DNA of 64,000 bases from a phage, in sequence record PZ445437.1, one strand, 5' to 3'. Of this stretch, positions 21,743 to 33,360 are shown in pieces. Position numbers and translations under genes: made by a program. Under the pieces are notes generated by a model that saw nothing but the letters and a program-made list of their open reading frames with translations, had not been told where the DNA came from and made no database searches. How positions within the stretch are numbered: the stretch's first letter is position 1; the number at the start of each line of letters is the position of its first letter.

Positions 21743-24700
21743 ATGGCCGAGATTAAAAGAAAGTTCAGAGCAGAAGACGGTCTGGACGCAGGTGGCGATA
21801 AAATAATCAACGTAGCTTTAGCTGATCGTACCGTAGGAACTGACGGTGTTAACGTTGATTACTTAATTCAAGAAAACACAGTTCAACAATATGATCCAAC
21901 TCGTGGATATTTAAAAGATTTTGTAATCATTTATGATAACCGCTTTTGGGCTGCTATAAATGATATTCCAAAACCGGCAGGAGCTTTTAATAGCGGGCGC
22001 TGGAGAGCATTACGTACAGACGCAAACTGGATTACGGTTTCATCTGGTTCATATCAATTAAAATCCGGTGAAGCTATTTCGGTTAATACTGCAACTGGAA
22101 ATGACATCACGTTTACTTTACCATCTTCTCCAATTGATGGAGATACTATCGTTCTCCAAGATATTGGAGGAAAACCTGGAGTTAACCAAGTTTTAATTGT
22201 AGCTCCAGTACAAAGTATTGTAAACTTTAGAGGTGAACAAGTACGTTCAGTACTAATGACTCATCCAAAGTCACAGCTAGTTTTAATTTTTAGTAATCGT
22301 CTGTGGCAAATGTATGTCGCTGATTATAGTAGAGAAGCTGTAGTTGTAACACCAGCGAATACTTATCAAGCGCAATCTAATGATTTTATCGTGCGTAGAT
22401 TTACTTCTGCTGCACCAATTAATGTTAAACTTCCAAGATTTGCTAATCATGGCGATATTATTAATTTCGTCGATTTAGATAAACTGAATCCACTTTATCA
22501 TACAATTGTTACTACATACGATGAAACGACTTCAGTACAAGAAGTTGGAACTCATTCCATTGAAGGCCGTACATCGATTGACGGTTTCTTGATGTTTGAT
22601 GATAATGAGAAATTGTGGAGATTGTTTGACGGGGATAGTAAAGCACGTTTACGCATTATAACGACTAATTCTAATATTCGTCCAAACGAAGAAGTTATGG
22701 TATTTGGTGCGAATAACGGAACAACTCAGACAATTGAACTTCAGCTTCCTACTGATATTTCTGTTGGTGATACTGTTAAAATTTCCATGAATTACATGAG
22801 AAAAGGACAAACAGTTAAAATCAAAGCTGCAGGTGAAGATAAAATTGCTTCTTCAGTTCAATTGCTGCAATTCCCAAAACGCTCAGAATATCCACCTGAA
22901 GCTGAATGGGTTACAGTTCAAGAATTAGTTTTTAACGGTGAAACTAATTATGTTCCAGTTTTACAACTTGCTTATATAGAAGATTCTGATGGAAAATACT
23001 GGGTTGTACAGCAAAACGTTCCAACTGTAGAAAGAGTTGATTCTTTAAATGATTCTACTAGAGCAAGATTAGGCGTAATTGCTTTAGCTACACAAGCTCA
23101 AGCTAATGTCGATTTAGAAAATTCTCCACAAAAAGAATTAGCAATTACTCCAGAAACATTAGCTAACCGTACTGCTACAGAAACTCGTAGAGGTATCGCA
23201 AGAATAGCAACTACTGCTCAAGTGAATCAGAACACCACATTCTCTTTTGCTGATGATATTATCATCACTCCTAAAAAGCTGAATGAAAGAACTGCTACAG
23301 AAACTCGCAGAGGTGTCGCAGAAATTGCTACGCAGCAGGAAACTAATACAGGTACTGATGATACTACAATCATTACTCCTAAAAAGCTTCAAGCTCGTCA
23401 AGGTTCTGAATCATTATCTGGTATTGTAACTTTTGTATCTACTGCAGGTGCTACTCCAGCTTCTAGCCGTGAATTAAATGGTACGAATGTTTATAATAAA
23501 AACACTAATAATTTAGTTGTTTCACCTAAAGCTTTGGATCAGTATAAAGCTACTCCAACACAGCAAGGTGCAGTAATTTTAGCAGTTGAAAGTGAAGTAA
23601 TTGCTGGACAAAGCCAAGAAGGATGGGCAAATGCTGTTGTAACGCCAGAAACGTTACACAAAAAGACATCAACTGATGGAAGAATTGGTTTAATTGAAAT
23701 TGCTACACAAAGTGAAGTTAATACAGGAACTGATTATACTCGTGCAGTCACTCCTAAAACTTTAAATGACCGTAGAGCAACTGAAGGTTTAAGTGGTATA
23801 GCTGAAATTGCTACACAAGTTGAATTCGACGCAGGCGTCGACGATACTCGTATCTCTACACCATTAAAAATTAAAACCAGATTTAATAGTACTGATCGTA
23901 CTTCTGTTGTTGCTCTATCTGGATTGGTTGAATCAGGAACTCTCTGGGACCATTATACCCTTAATATTCTTGAAGCAAATGAGACACAGCGTGGCACACT
24001 TCGTGTAGCTACACAAGTTGAAGCTGCTGCAGGAACATTAGATAATGTTTTAATAACTCCTAAAAAGCTTTTAGGTACTAAATCTACCGAATCACAAGAA
24101 GGTGTTATTAAAGTTGCAACTCAGTCTGAAACTGTGACTGGAACATCAGCAAATACTGCTGTATCTCCAAAAAATTTAAAATGGATTGTGCAGAGTGAAC
24201 CTACCTGGGCAGCTACTACTGCGATAAGAGGTTTTGTTAAAACTTCATCTGGTTCAATTACATTCGTTGGTAATGATACAGTCGGTTCTACTCAGGATTT
24301 AGAGCTATATGAGAAAAATAGCTATGCAGTATCACCATATGAATTAAACCGTGTATTAGCAAATTATTTGCCGTTAAAAGCAAAAGCTGCTGATACAAAT
24401 TTATTGGATGGTCTAGATTCATCTCAGTTCATTCGTAGGGATATTGCACAGACGGTTAATGGTTCACTAACCTTAACCCAACAAACGAATCTGAGTGCCC
24501 CTCTTGTATCATCTAGTACTGCTGCGTTTGGTGGTTCAGTTTCGGCAAATAGTACATTAACTATTTCTAATACTGGAACGGCAACTCGTCTGATTTTTGA
24601 AAAAGGACCTCAAACTGGAACTAACCCAGCACAGACGATGACTATAAGAGTTTGGGGAAATCAGTTTGGTGGCGGATCAGATACAACACGTTCTACTGTA

Positions 24701-25612
24701 TTTGAAGTTGGTGATGAAACATCTAATCACTTTTATTCTCAACGTAATAAAGCTGGTAATATTACGTTTAGCATTAATGGTACTGTGATGCCAATAAATG
24801 TTAACGCTTCCGGTTCATTGAATGCGAATGGCGTAGCAACATTTGGTAGTTCAGTTACAGCCAATGGTGAATTCATTAGCAAGTCTGCAAATGCTTTCAG
24901 AGCAATAAACGGTGATTATGGATTCTTTATCAGGAATGATGGCGGCAGCACATATTTTATGCTTACTGCATCTGGTGATCAGACCGGTGGATTTAATGGA
25001 TTACGTCCATTATCAATTAATAATCAATCCGGTCAAGTCACAATTGGTGAAAGCTTAATCATTGCCAAAGGTGCTACTATAAATTCAGGCGGTTTAACTG
25101 TTAACTCGAGAATTCGTTCTCAGGGTACTAAAACATCTGATTTATATACCCGCGCACCAACAACTGATACTGTAGGATTCTGGTCAATTGATATTAACGA
25201 TTCAGCCACTTATAACCAGTTCCCGGGTTATTTTAAAATGGTTGAAAAAACTAATGAAGTGACTGGGCTTCCATACTTAGAACGTGGCGAAGAAGTTAAA
25301 TCTCCTGGTACACTGACTCAGTTTGGTAACACACTTGATTCGCTTTACCAAGATTGGATTACTTATCCAACGACGCCAGAAGCGCGTACCACTCGCTGGA
25401 CACGTACATGGCAGAAAACCAAAAACTCTTGGTCAAGTTTTGTTCAGGTATTTGACGGAGGTAACCCTCCTCAGCCGTCTGATATCGGTGCTTTACCATC
25501 TGATAATGCTACAATGGGGAATCTTACTATTCGTGATTTCTTACGAATTGGTAATGTTCGCATTATTCCTGACCCAGTGAATAAAACGGTTAAATTTGAA
25601 TGGGTTGAATAA
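21743..25612 (+). CDS. 34: long tail fibre proximal subunit gp34 (1289 aa)
   Basis: 1289 aa as T4 gp34; fibre-type internal repeats; first gene of the 34-38 block. Confidence 0.93.
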   Translation: MAEIKRKFRAEDGLDAGGDKIINVALADRTVGTDGVNVDYLIQENTVQQYDPTRGYLKDFVIIYDNRFWAAINDIPKPAGAFNSGRWRALRTDANWITVSSGSYQLKSGEAISVNTATGNDITFTLPSSPIDGDTIVLQDIGGKPGVNQVLIVAPVQSIVNFRGEQVRSVLMTHPKSQLVLIFSNRLWQMYVADYSREAVVVTPANTYQAQSNDFIVRRFTSAAPINVKLPRFANHGDIINFVDLDKLNPLYHTIVTTYDETTSVQEVGTHSIEGRTSIDGFLMFDDNEKLWRLFDGDSKARLRIITTNSNIRPNEEVMVFGANNGTTQTIELQLPTDISVGDTVKISMNYMRKGQTVKIKAAGEDKIASSVQLLQFPKRSEYPPEAEWVTVQELVFNGETNYVPVLQLAYIEDSDGKYWVVQQNVPTVERVDSLNDSTRARLGVIALATQAQANVDLENSPQKELAITPETLANRTATETRRGIARIATTAQVNQNTTFSFADDIIITPKKLNERTATETRRGVAEIATQQETNTGTDDTTIITPKKLQARQGSESLSGIVTFVSTAGATPASSRELNGTNVYNKNTNNLVVSPKALDQYKATPTQQGAVILAVESEVIAGQSQEGWANAVVTPETLHKKTSTDGRIGLIEIATQSEVNTGTDYTRAVTPKTLNDRRATEGLSGIAEIATQVEFDAGVDDTRISTPLKIKTRFNSTDRTSVVALSGLVESGTLWDHYTLNILEANETQRGTLRVATQVEAAAGTLDNVLITPKKLLGTKSTESQEGVIKVATQSETVTGTSANTAVSPKNLKWIVQSEPTWAATTAIRGFVKTSSGSITFVGNDTVGSTQDLELYEKNSYAVSPYELNRVLANYLPLKAKAADTNLLDGLDSSQFIRRDIAQTVNGSLTLTQQTNLSAPLVSSSTAAFGGSVSANSTLTISNTGTATRLIFEKGPQTGTNPAQTMTIRVWGNQFGGGSDTTRSTVFEVGDETSNHFYSQRNKAGNITFSINGTVMPINVNASGSLNANGVATFGSSVTANGEFISKSANAFRAINGDYGFFIRNDGGSTYFMLTASGDQTGGFNGLRPLSINNQSGQVTIGESLIIAKGATINSGGLTVNSRIRSQGTKTSDLYTRAPTTDTVGFWSIDINDSATYNQFPGYFKMVEKTNEVTGLPYLERGEEVKSPGTLTQFGNTLDSLYQDWITYPTTPEARTTRWTRTWQKTKNSWSSFVQVFDGGNPPQPSDIGALPSDNATMGNLTIRDFLRIGNVRIIPDPVNKTVKFEWVE
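23140..24140 (+). repeat. in-frame repeats within gp34
   Basis: Recurrent 20-aa units such as TATETRRGIARIATTAQ, TATETRRGVAEIATQQE, ATEGLSGIAEIATQVE, ETQRGTLRVATQVEAAAG. Confidence 0.5.
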
Positions 25613-25620
25613 GAGGTATT

Positions 25621-26736
25621 ATGGAAAAATTTATGGCAGAGTTTGGACAAGGATATGTCCAAACTCCATTTTTATCGGAAAGCAATTCAGTAAGATACAA
25701 AATAAGTATAGCGGGTTCTTGCCCGCTTTCTACTGCAGGACCATATGTTAAATTTCAGGATAATCCTGTAGGAAATCAAACATTTAGCGCAGGTCTTCAT
25801 TTAAGAGTTTTTGACCCTTTCACAGGAGCATTAGTTGATAGTAAGTCATATGCTTTTTCGACTTCAAATGATACTACATCAGCTGCTTTTGTTAGTTTCA
25901 TGAATTCTTTGACGAATAATCGAATTGTTGCTATATTAACTAACGGAAAGGTTAATTTTCCTCCTGAAGTAGTATCTTGGTTAAGAACCGCCGGAACGTC
26001 TGCCTTTCCATCTGATTCTATATTGTCAAGATTTGACGTATCATATGCTGCTTTTTATACTTCTTCTAAAAGAGCTATTGCATTAGAGCATGTTAAACTG
26101 AGTAATAGAAAAAGCACAGATGATTATCAAACTATTTTAGATGTTGTATTTGACAGTTTAGAAGACGTCGGAGCTACCGGATTTCCAAGAAGAACGTATG
26201 AAAGTGTTGAGCAATTTATGTCGGCAGTCGGTGGAACTAATAACGAAATTGCGAGATTGCCAACTTCAGCTGCTATAAGTAAATTATCTGATTATAATTT
26301 AATTCCTGGTGATGTTCTTTATCTTAAAGCACAGCTATATGCTGATGCTGATTTACTTGCTCTTGGAACTACGAATATATCCATTCGATTTTATAATGCA
26401 TCTAATGGATATATTTCCTCGACACAAGCTGAGTTTACTGGGCAAGCTGGGTCATGGGAATTAAAGGAAGATTATGTAGTTGTTCCAGAAAACGCAGTAG
26501 GATTTACGATATATGCACAAAGAACTGCGCAAGCTGGCCAAGGTGGCATGAGAAATTTAAGCTTTTCTGAAGTATCAAGAAACGGCGGTATTTCAAAACC
26601 TGCTGAATTTGGCGTCAATGGTATTCGTGTTAATTATATCTGTGAATCTGCTTCACCTCCGGATATAATGGTACTTCCTACGCAAGCATCGTCTAAAGCT
26701 GGTAAAGTGTTTGGACAAGAATTTAGAGAAGTTTAA
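25621..26736 (+). CDS. 35: long tail fibre hinge connector gp35 (371 aa)
   Basis: Length and position as T4 gp35. Confidence 0.9.
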   Translation: MEKFMAEFGQGYVQTPFLSESNSVRYKISIAGSCPLSTAGPYVKFQDNPVGNQTFSAGLHLRVFDPFTGALVDSKSYAFSTSNDTTSAAFVSFMNSLTNNRIVAILTNGKVNFPPEVVSWLRTAGTSAFPSDSILSRFDVSYAAFYTSSKRAIALEHVKLSNRKSTDDYQTILDVVFDSLEDVGATGFPRRTYESVEQFMSAVGGTNNEIARLPTSAAISKLSDYNLIPGDVLYLKAQLYADADLLALGTTNISIRFYNASNGYISSTQAEFTGQAGSWELKEDYVVVPENAVGFTIYAQRTAQAGQGGMRNLSFSEVSRNGGISKPAEFGVNGIRVNYICESASPPDIMVLPTQASSKAGKVFGQEFREV

Positions 26737-26741
26737 ATTGA

Positions 26742-26765
26742 GGGAGCCTTCGGGTTCCCTTTTTC
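26742..26765 (+). terminator. hairpin terminator after gene 35
   Basis: GGGAGCC-TTCG-GGTTCCC followed by TTTTTCTTT. Confidence 0.45.
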
Positions 26766-26767
26766 TT

Positions 26768-26775
26768 TATAAATA
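26768..26775 (+). promoter_or_regulatory. late promoter TATAAATA for gene 36
   Basis: Exact TATAAATA about 24 nt upstream of gp36 ATG. Confidence 0.55.
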
Positions 26776-26798
26776 CTATTAAAATAAAGGGGCATACA

Positions 26799-27464
26799 AT
26801 GGCTGATTTAAAAGTAGGTTCAACAACTGGAGGCTCTGTCATTTGGCATCAAGGAAATTTTCCATTGAATCCGGCCGGTGACGATGTACTCTATAAATCA
26901 TTTAAAATATATTCAGAATATAATAAACCACAAGCTGCTGATAACGATTTCGTTTCTAAAGCTAATGGTGGTACTTATGCATCAAAGGTAACATTTAACG
27001 GCGGTGTTCAAATACCATATGCTATAAACAATACAAATCAATCTGGTATTTATCCTGGTAATGGAGATGCAGCTACTTTTGTTACAGCAAATATTGATAT
27101 TGTTTCATGGTATGGCGTAGGATTTAAATCATCACAAGGATCTGCCGGTAGAACTGTAGTAATTAATACACGCAATGGTGATATTAGCACAAAAGGTGTT
27201 GTGTCGGCAGCTGGTCAAGTAAGAAGTGATGCGACTTCTCCTATAGCAGCGAATGACCTTACTAGAAAGGACTATGTTGATGGAGCAATAAATACTGTTA
27301 CAGCAAATGCGAACTCTAGAGTGTTGCGTTCTGGCGACACTATGACAGGTAATTTAACCGCGCCAAACTTTTTCTCACAGAATCCTGCATCTCAACCTTC
27401 ACATGTTCCACGATTTGACCAAATCGTAATTAAGGATTCTGTTCAAGATTTCGGCTATTATTAA
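26799..27464 (+). CDS. 36: long tail fibre distal connector gp36 (221 aa)
   Basis: 221 aa as T4 gp36; position. Confidence 0.9.
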   Translation: MADLKVGSTTGGSVIWHQGNFPLNPAGDDVLYKSFKIYSEYNKPQAADNDFVSKANGGTYASKVTFNGGVQIPYAINNTNQSGIYPGNGDAATFVTANIDIVSWYGVGFKSSQGSAGRTVVINTRNGDISTKGVVSAAGQVRSDATSPIAANDLTRKDYVDGAINTVTANANSRVLRSGDTMTGNLTAPNFFSQNPASQPSHVPRFDQIVIKDSVQDFGYY

Positions 27465-27472
27465 GAGGACTT

Positions 27473-30400
27473 ATGGCTACTTTAAAACAAATACAATTTA
27501 AAAGAAGCAAAACCGCAGGTGCACGTCCTGCTGCTTCAGTATTAGCCGAAGGTGAATTGGCTATAAACTTAAAAGATAGAACAATTTTTACTAAAGATGA
27601 TACAGGAAATATCATTGATCTAGGTATTGCTAAAGGCGGTCAAATTGATGGAAATGTAACTATTGATGGAACTTTACGCGTCAATGGACCAATAAACAAC
27701 TTTGGAAATTTTTCTACAAGTGGTACTATTACGGCAAGTAATATTGTTTCTGCTACAGTATTCAGATCAACATCTGGTTCATTTTATACAAGAGCAATAA
27801 ATGATACTGCAAATGCCCATCTTTGGTTTGAAAATACAAATGGCTCAGAACGTGGCGTTTTATATTCAAAACCGCAGTCTGAAAATGAAGGCGTAATTAC
27901 AATGCGTGTTCGTCAAGGAACCGCTGCGGGAGCTCAAAATTCAGAATTTCATTTCATTTCTACTGATGGCGGTATCTTCCAGGCACGCAAGCTAACTGCT
28001 TTAACTTCTATTAGTACACCAACTATTAGTGTTAATTTAATTAATCATGATTCTAAATCATTTGGACAATACGATTCACAGTCTTTGGTTAACTATGTTT
28101 ATCCTGGAACCGGTGAAACAAATGGTGTAAACTATCTTCGTAAAGTTCGCGCTAAGTCCGGTGGTACAATTTATCATGAAATTGTTACTGCCCAAACAGG
28201 CCTGGCTGATGAAGTTTCTTGGTGGACTGGTAATACACCATTATTTAAACTATACGGTATTCGTAACGACGGCAGAATGATTATCCGCAATAGCTTGGCC
28301 ATTGGTACTGTGACGCAAGGGTTTCCGTCAAGCGATTATGGCAATGTTGGGGCACTAGGAAATATATTTCTTGCTTTAGGTGATAATGGAACTGGTCTAG
28401 TTTATAGAAAAACCGGGGTATTTGATTTCGTTGGTTCTGGTTTATCTTTGGCATCTATTACTCCTGATAGTTTCCGTAGTACCCGTAAAGCGATTTTTGG
28501 TCGTTCCGAGGACCAAGGTACAACATGGATTATGCCTGGAACGAACGCTGCATTTTTATCAGTTCAAACACAAGCTGATACTAACACTGCTGGCGACGGC
28601 CAGACGCATATTGGCTATAACTCAGGCGGAAAAATGAACCACTATTTCCGTGGTAAAGGCAAAACTAATATTAATACCCAAGAAGGCATGGAAGTTAACC
28701 CGGGTATTCTTAAACTAGTGACTGGCTCTAATAATGTAATGTTTTATGCTGATGGCGGTATTACATCTGTTAAGCAGCTTTCAATATATAACGGCATATA
28801 TTTAGCAGCTAATAATTCTACTGCTGGGCTAACATTCGCTCCAACTACTACAGTTGATGGCACTAAGCAAATTTTGTGGGAAGGTGGTACTCGTGCTGGG
28901 CAGAATAAAAGCTATGTAACTGTTAAAGCATGGGGTAATTCATTTAACGCATCTGGCGATCGTTCCCGTGAAACGGTTTTTGAAGTATCAGATGGGCAAG
29001 GTTACCATTTTTATTCTCAGCGAGTTGCTCCCGGATCAGGTTCTACTGTCGGACCTATTCAATTTCGAGTTAATGGTGGTTTATTAACTTCAGGTAGTAT
29101 TGTTGCTTCTGGTTCTATTACAACTGAATCTTCTTTAAATGTTAATAATGGATTGTCTGTAAATGGACAAGCTAAATTTGGTGGAACAGCAAACGCATTG
29201 AGAATTTGGAACGCCGAATATGGCGCTATTTTCCGTCGTTCAGAAAGTAATTTTTATATTATTCCAACCAATCAAAATGAAGGCGAAAGTGGAGACATTC
29301 ACAGCTCTTTAAGACCTGTGAGAATAGGATTAAGCGATGGCATGGTTGGGTTAGGAAGAGATTCTTTTATAGTAGATCAAAATAATGCTTTAACTACTAT
29401 AAACAGTAACTCTCGCATTAATGCCAACTTTAGAATGCAATTGGGGAAGTCGACATATATTGATGCAGAATGCACTGATGCCGTTAGACCCGCAGGGGCT
29501 GGTTCATTTGCTTCGCAAAATAATGAAAACGTCCGTGCTCCGTTCTATATGAATATTAATCGCACAGATACAAGTACTTACGTTCCAATTGTTAAACAGA
29601 GATACGTACAAAATAATAGTTGCTATTCTATTGGTACTTTAATTAATGGCGGTAATTTTAGAGTTCATTATCATGAAGGTGGTGATGGCGGTTCTACTGG
29701 CGCGATTATAAAGGATTTAGGTTGGGAATTTAATAAAAATGGTGATTTTTACTCTCCTGGTAAATTAGGTGCTGGAAATATTCGTATCGGAACAGACGGT
29801 AATATCACGGGTGGTTCTGGTAATTTTGCTAACTTGAATACCACATTAAACCGTAAGGTCAATTCCGGATTTGTAACATACGGTGCAACTGCTGGATGGT
29901 ATAAATTCGCTACAGTAACGATGCCACAATCTACTTCTACTGTTTCATTTACTATAACTGGTGGTAAAGGATTTAATACCGGACTGTTTACACAGTGTGC
30001 TATAACAGAAATTGTTCTTCGTACTGGCAATGACCGCCCAGCAGGTTTAAACGCCGTGATGTATACCAGAACAGCTGCAGGTCTTACTGATATTGCTGTA
30101 GTTAATACCTCAGGAAATACATATGATATCTATGTTGAATCGGGTACTTATGCCAACCAATTAGCTTATACTTGGCATACAGTTGATAATGCTACCGTAG
30201 AAGTTATCGGCGCTTTTGGTCCTACTCAAAACCCAGTAGATTCTTTGCCGGTTGATTATGTTAAAGGTCAAGTAGCTAACATGCTTAACAACCTGGTAGA
30301 CACTGGTAAAGTAAAACGCTATGTAGCAGAGTCGGAAATTGCTATTAATAACCCAACTGGTATTCGTATTACGAGTAATTCTGATAGATCAGGTTCTAAT

Positions 30401-31411
30401 TCCGTTTTATTTCGAAATGACGGTGGAAGCTTCTATATTTTACTGACCGACAAAAACTCTTCAGACGGCGATAATAAAGCAACTGAAGGTGATTGGAATG
30501 GAAAACGACCATTTTCAATTGATATGACTGCTGGTACTGTTCGTCTTGGCGAAAATACTTCTTTTGGTAAAGATGTTACTATTGATGGAAGCATTAATTC
30601 ACGAGTTAAAGTTGTCGGACAGTGGAATGTTAGCTTTTCTGATATTTCAGATGTGACTCGTGACCGTTCTGCATTTTTAGTGAATACGGGTGGCATTTCC
30701 AAGACAAGTCAATCTTATTACCCGCTATTTTCTGGATACAGTTTTTTAACTGACGCAGGTTATCGACAATCGTTTGAATTTGGATGGTTAGGTGTTTCTG
30801 GTACTTGGCGTCAAGGCATTATTCGCATGCGTGGTGACAACCCATCGGGGCAACAGGCTCGTTGGACTTTTGATATGGACGGAACATTTTATGCTCCTAT
30901 ACTATCATGCGGATCTGCGAGAGCATTCGGTGTCAATGCATCAAATGGTCTCGGTGGAAACAGTATAACATTTGGTGATAGCGATACTGGTATTAAGCAA
31001 AATGGCGATGGATTATTAGACATATATGCGAACAGCGTACAAGTGTTCCGTTTCCAAAACGGTGATTTGTACTCATACAAAAATATAAATGCTCCAAACG
31101 TTTATATTCGTTCTGATATTCGTTTAAAATCCAACTTCAAACCTATCGAAAATGCACTTGATAAAGTTGAAAAACTTAACGGTGTCATTTACGATAAAGC
31201 TGAATACATCGGTGGAGAGGCAATTGAAACTGAAGCTGGTATTATAGCTCAAACGTTACAAGACGTTTTACCAGAAGCTGTCCGTGAAACAGAAGACAGT
31301 AAGGGTAATAAAATACTCACTGTTTCTTCTCAAGCCCAGATTGCTCTTCTAGTTGAAGCTGTGAAAACACTTTCTTCTCGTGTAAAAGAACTTGAATCTA
31401 AACTTATGTAA
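27473..31411 (+). CDS. 37: long tail fibre distal subunit gp37, T2-type (1312 aa) with C-terminal chaperone-like domain
   Basis: Conserved N-terminus [13 protein letters not shown]; longer than T4 gp37; C-terminal about 110 aa ([27 protein letters not shown]...) resembles intramolecular-chaperone/self-cleaving domains. Confidence 0.9.
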   Translation: MATLKQIQFKRSKTAGARPAASVLAEGELAINLKDRTIFTKDDTGNIIDLGIAKGGQIDGNVTIDGTLRVNGPINNFGNFSTSGTITASNIVSATVFRSTSGSFYTRAINDTANAHLWFENTNGSERGVLYSKPQSENEGVITMRVRQGTAAGAQNSEFHFISTDGGIFQARKLTALTSISTPTISVNLINHDSKSFGQYDSQSLVNYVYPGTGETNGVNYLRKVRAKSGGTIYHEIVTAQTGLADEVSWWTGNTPLFKLYGIRNDGRMIIRNSLAIGTVTQGFPSSDYGNVGALGNIFLALGDNGTGLVYRKTGVFDFVGSGLSLASITPDSFRSTRKAIFGRSEDQGTTWIMPGTNAAFLSVQTQADTNTAGDGQTHIGYNSGGKMNHYFRGKGKTNINTQEGMEVNPGILKLVTGSNNVMFYADGGITSVKQLSIYNGIYLAANNSTAGLTFAPTTTVDGTKQILWEGGTRAGQNKSYVTVKAWGNSFNASGDRSRETVFEVSDGQGYHFYSQRVAPGSGSTVGPIQFRVNGGLLTSGSIVASGSITTESSLNVNNGLSVNGQAKFGGTANALRIWNAEYGAIFRRSESNFYIIPTNQNEGESGDIHSSLRPVRIGLSDGMVGLGRDSFIVDQNNALTTINSNSRINANFRMQLGKSTYIDAECTDAVRPAGAGSFASQNNENVRAPFYMNINRTDTSTYVPIVKQRYVQNNSCYSIGTLINGGNFRVHYHEGGDGGSTGAIIKDLGWEFNKNGDFYSPGKLGAGNIRIGTDGNITGGSGNFANLNTTLNRKVNSGFVTYGATAGWYKFATVTMPQSTSTVSFTITGGKGFNTGLFTQCAITEIVLRTGNDRPAGLNAVMYTRTAAGLTDIAVVNTSGNTYDIYVESGTYANQLAYTWHTVDNATVEVIGAFGPTQNPVDSLPVDYVKGQVANMLNNLVDTGKVKRYVAESEIAINNPTGIRITSNSDRSGSNSVLFRNDGGSFYILLTDKNSSDGDNKATEGDWNGKRPFSIDMTAGTVRLGENTSFGKDVTIDGSINSRVKVVGQWNVSFSDISDVTRDRSAFLVNTGGISKTSQSYYPLFSGYSFLTDAGYRQSFEFGWLGVSGTWRQGIIRMRGDNPSGQQARWTFDMDGTFYAPILSCGSARAFGVNASNGLGGNSITFGDSDTGIKQNGDGLLDIYANSVQVFRFQNGDLYSYKNINAPNVYIRSDIRLKSNFKPIENALDKVEKLNGVIYDKAEYIGGEAIETEAGIIAQTLQDVLPEAVRETEDSKGNKILTVSSQAQIALLVEAVKTLSSRVKELESKLM

Positions 31412-31432
31412 AGGAGGGCTTCGGCCCTCTAA
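31412..31432 (+). other. GC hairpin between genes 37 and 38
   Basis: GAGGGC-TTCG-GCCCTC immediately after gp37 stop; weak T-run. Confidence 0.35.
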
Positions 31433-31441
31433 GGATTTTTA

Positions 31442-32233
31442 ATGGCAATTGTAGGTGTTCCTGGCTGGATTGGTGAATCTGCCGTGAATGAAACTGGACA
31501 ACGCTGGATGGACGCTGCGATGAAAGCTGTTCGTGTTTCAGTTCCCGGTTGGATGAGTTCAATGGCTGGGCAATCTAAAGAAGTATATTATAGCGTTGGT
31601 GCTAGCAATTCTTACAATAAAGACACACTAATAAATTGGATAAAAGCCCAAGGCAGTACTCCTGTTGTTATTACTATTACAGGAAATATTGTTTCTCAAT
31701 CTACTGGTGTTCCATGCTTAGATTTTCCTAGCTCATTAACTAATGCATATGTTACCTTAAATATTAATAGTGGGGTTCATGTATTAGGTCGGGGAGGAAA
31801 TGGCGGAAGTAACTCTGCTGGCGGAGCAGGAGGAACTGCAATAAATAACGGAATTGGAACTCGTTTAAGAATAAACAATAATGGTATTATTGGTGGCGGC
31901 GGAGGTGGCGGCGCTGGTGCTAGATACCATCCTTTCCCTCAAATGGATATGATATTTGGTGGCGGCGGAGGTCGTCCATTTGGCGCAGCTGGCGCAGCAG
32001 GAGGTGGCGCAGCGGCAGCATCCGCTGGTACAATTTCTGCTCCTGGTAAAGGTACTGTTTCTGGGGTTCACTATGGAGGAAATGGTGGAGATTTGGGAGC
32101 TGCTGGCAAATCTTCATATATTAAAGGTGGTACTGGAGGAACTGTTCACTCGGGTGGTGCAGCAGGTAAAGCTGTTACTGGTAATGCTCCAACTTGGACT
32201 AAAGTTGGCACAATATATGGTTCAAGAGTATAA
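31442..32233 (+). CDS. 38: receptor-recognising adhesin gp38, T2-type (263 aa) with glycine-rich motifs
   Basis: N-terminus MAIVGVPGWIG; several poly-Gly tracts (GGGGGGGAG, FGGGGGRPFGAAGAAGGG) bracketing short variable segments. Confidence 0.85.
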   Translation: MAIVGVPGWIGESAVNETGQRWMDAAMKAVRVSVPGWMSSMAGQSKEVYYSVGASNSYNKDTLINWIKAQGSTPVVITITGNIVSQSTGVPCLDFPSSLTNAYVTLNINSGVHVLGRGGNGGSNSAGGAGGTAINNGIGTRLRINNNGIIGGGGGGGAGARYHPFPQMDMIFGGGGGRPFGAAGAAGGGAAAASAGTISAPGKGTVSGVHYGGNGGDLGAAGKSSYIKGGTGGTVHSGGAAGKAVTGNAPTWTKVGTIYGSRV

Positions 32234-32265
32234 TTTTTGAATAAATATCCTTAAAAGGAGGGTCT

Positions 32266-32922
32266 ATGGCAGCACCTAGAATATCATTTTCGCCCTCTGA
32301 TATTCTATTTGGTGTTCTAGATCGCTTGTTCAAAGATAACGCTACCGGGAAGGTTCTTGCCTCCCGGGTAGCTGTCGTAATTCTTTTATTTATGATGGCG
32401 ATTGTTTGGTATAGGGGAGATAGTTTCTTTGAGTACTATAAGCAATCAAAGTATGAAACATACAGTGAAATTATTGAAAAGGAAAGAAATGCACGCTTTG
32501 AATCTGTCGCCCTGGAACAACTCCAGATAGTTCATATATCATCTGAGGCAGACTTTAGTGCGGTGTATTCTTTCCGCCCTAAAAACTTAAACTATTTTGT
32601 TGATATTATAGCATATGAAGGAAGATTACCTTCAACAATAACTGAAAAATCACTTGGAGGATATCCTGTTGATAAAACTATGGATGAATATACAGTTCAT
32701 TTAAATGGACGTCATTATTATTCCAATTCAAAATTTGCTTTTTTACCAACTAAAAAGCCTACTCCCGAAATAAACTACATGTACAGTTGTCCATATTTCA
32801 ATTTGGATAATATCTATGCTGGAACAATAACCATGTACTGGTATAGAAATGATCATATAAGTAATGACCGCCTTGAATCAATATGTGCTCAGGCGGCCAG
32901 AATATTAGGAAGGGCTAAATAA
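32266..32922 (+). CDS. t: holin T (218 aa)
   Basis: 218 aa; single N-proximal TM segment then large periplasmic domain; follows gene 38 as in T4. Confidence 0.9.
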   Translation: MAAPRISFSPSDILFGVLDRLFKDNATGKVLASRVAVVILLFMMAIVWYRGDSFFEYYKQSKYETYSEIIEKERNARFESVALEQLQIVHISSEADFSAVYSFRPKNLNYFVDIIAYEGRLPSTITEKSLGGYPVDKTMDEYTVHLNGRHYYSNSKFAFLPTKKPTPEINYMYSCPYFNLDNIYAGTITMYWYRNDHISNDRLESICAQAARILGRAK

Positions 32923-33195
32923 TTATTTGTTCGTATACATCTCTAGATATCGATATACACCCTCAAAACCCTCGTTGAATTCGTCGATGAGGGTTTTCTT
33001 ATCTTCTTGAGTTAATTCAGAAACAATTTTACGGAATGAATTCTGATTTAATTTTCTACCTTCATGCGTTACTCCAATCTCATTCAGAAATGCAATAAAA
33101 TTAGCACGATTTTCAACAATATCTTCTCTGGAAAATTTAATCAAAATAGACGCAACAGTAATAATTTCACGAACTGTATTAATGTTTTTATTCAT
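32923..33195 (-). CDS. asiA: anti-sigma70 factor AsiA (90 aa)
   Basis: 90 aa, MNKNINTVREIITVASILIKFSRED... recognised as T4 AsiA. Confidence 0.88.
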   Translation of the reverse strand: MNKNINTVREIITVASILIKFSREDIVENRANFIAFLNEIGVTHEGRKLNQNSFRKIVSELTQEDKKTLIDEFNEGFEGVYRYLEMYTNK

Positions 33196-33207
33196 TAACT
33201 ATACCAC

Positions 33208-33360
33208 TCAATTAGTTGACTTTGTTATAATATCATCAGACGTTTGATTTGTAAACTGGTCTGTGTTATTTTCTTCAAAAATTTTTTCTACGAATTCTTT
33301 GAACGACTCACGTTCCTGAGCTACATTATGCTCGATTACCATTTCAAGATTATGACTCAT
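33208..33360 (-). CDS. small acidic ORF (about 49 aa), not in ORF track
   Basis: Hand translation MSHNLEMVIEHNVAQERESFKEF...; ATGA overlap with arn stop. Confidence 0.3.
   Translation of the reverse strand: MSHNLEMVIEHNVAQERESFKEFVEKIFEENNTDQFTNQTSDDIITKSTN

Noticed and set aside
21743-32233. Antisense and alternate-frame ORFs inside genes 34, 37 and 38 (for example 23159..23401, 28422..28637, 29749..30030, 30433..30702, 30889..31080, 31865..32240)
   Set aside because: They lie wholly within long recognisable tail-fibre ORFs, lack ribosome-binding sites, and in gene 38 are by-products of GC-rich glycine codon runs.
32236-32265. Late promoter directly upstream of holin gene t
   Set aside because: Only an imperfect AATAAATA is present; not enough to call without transcript mapping.
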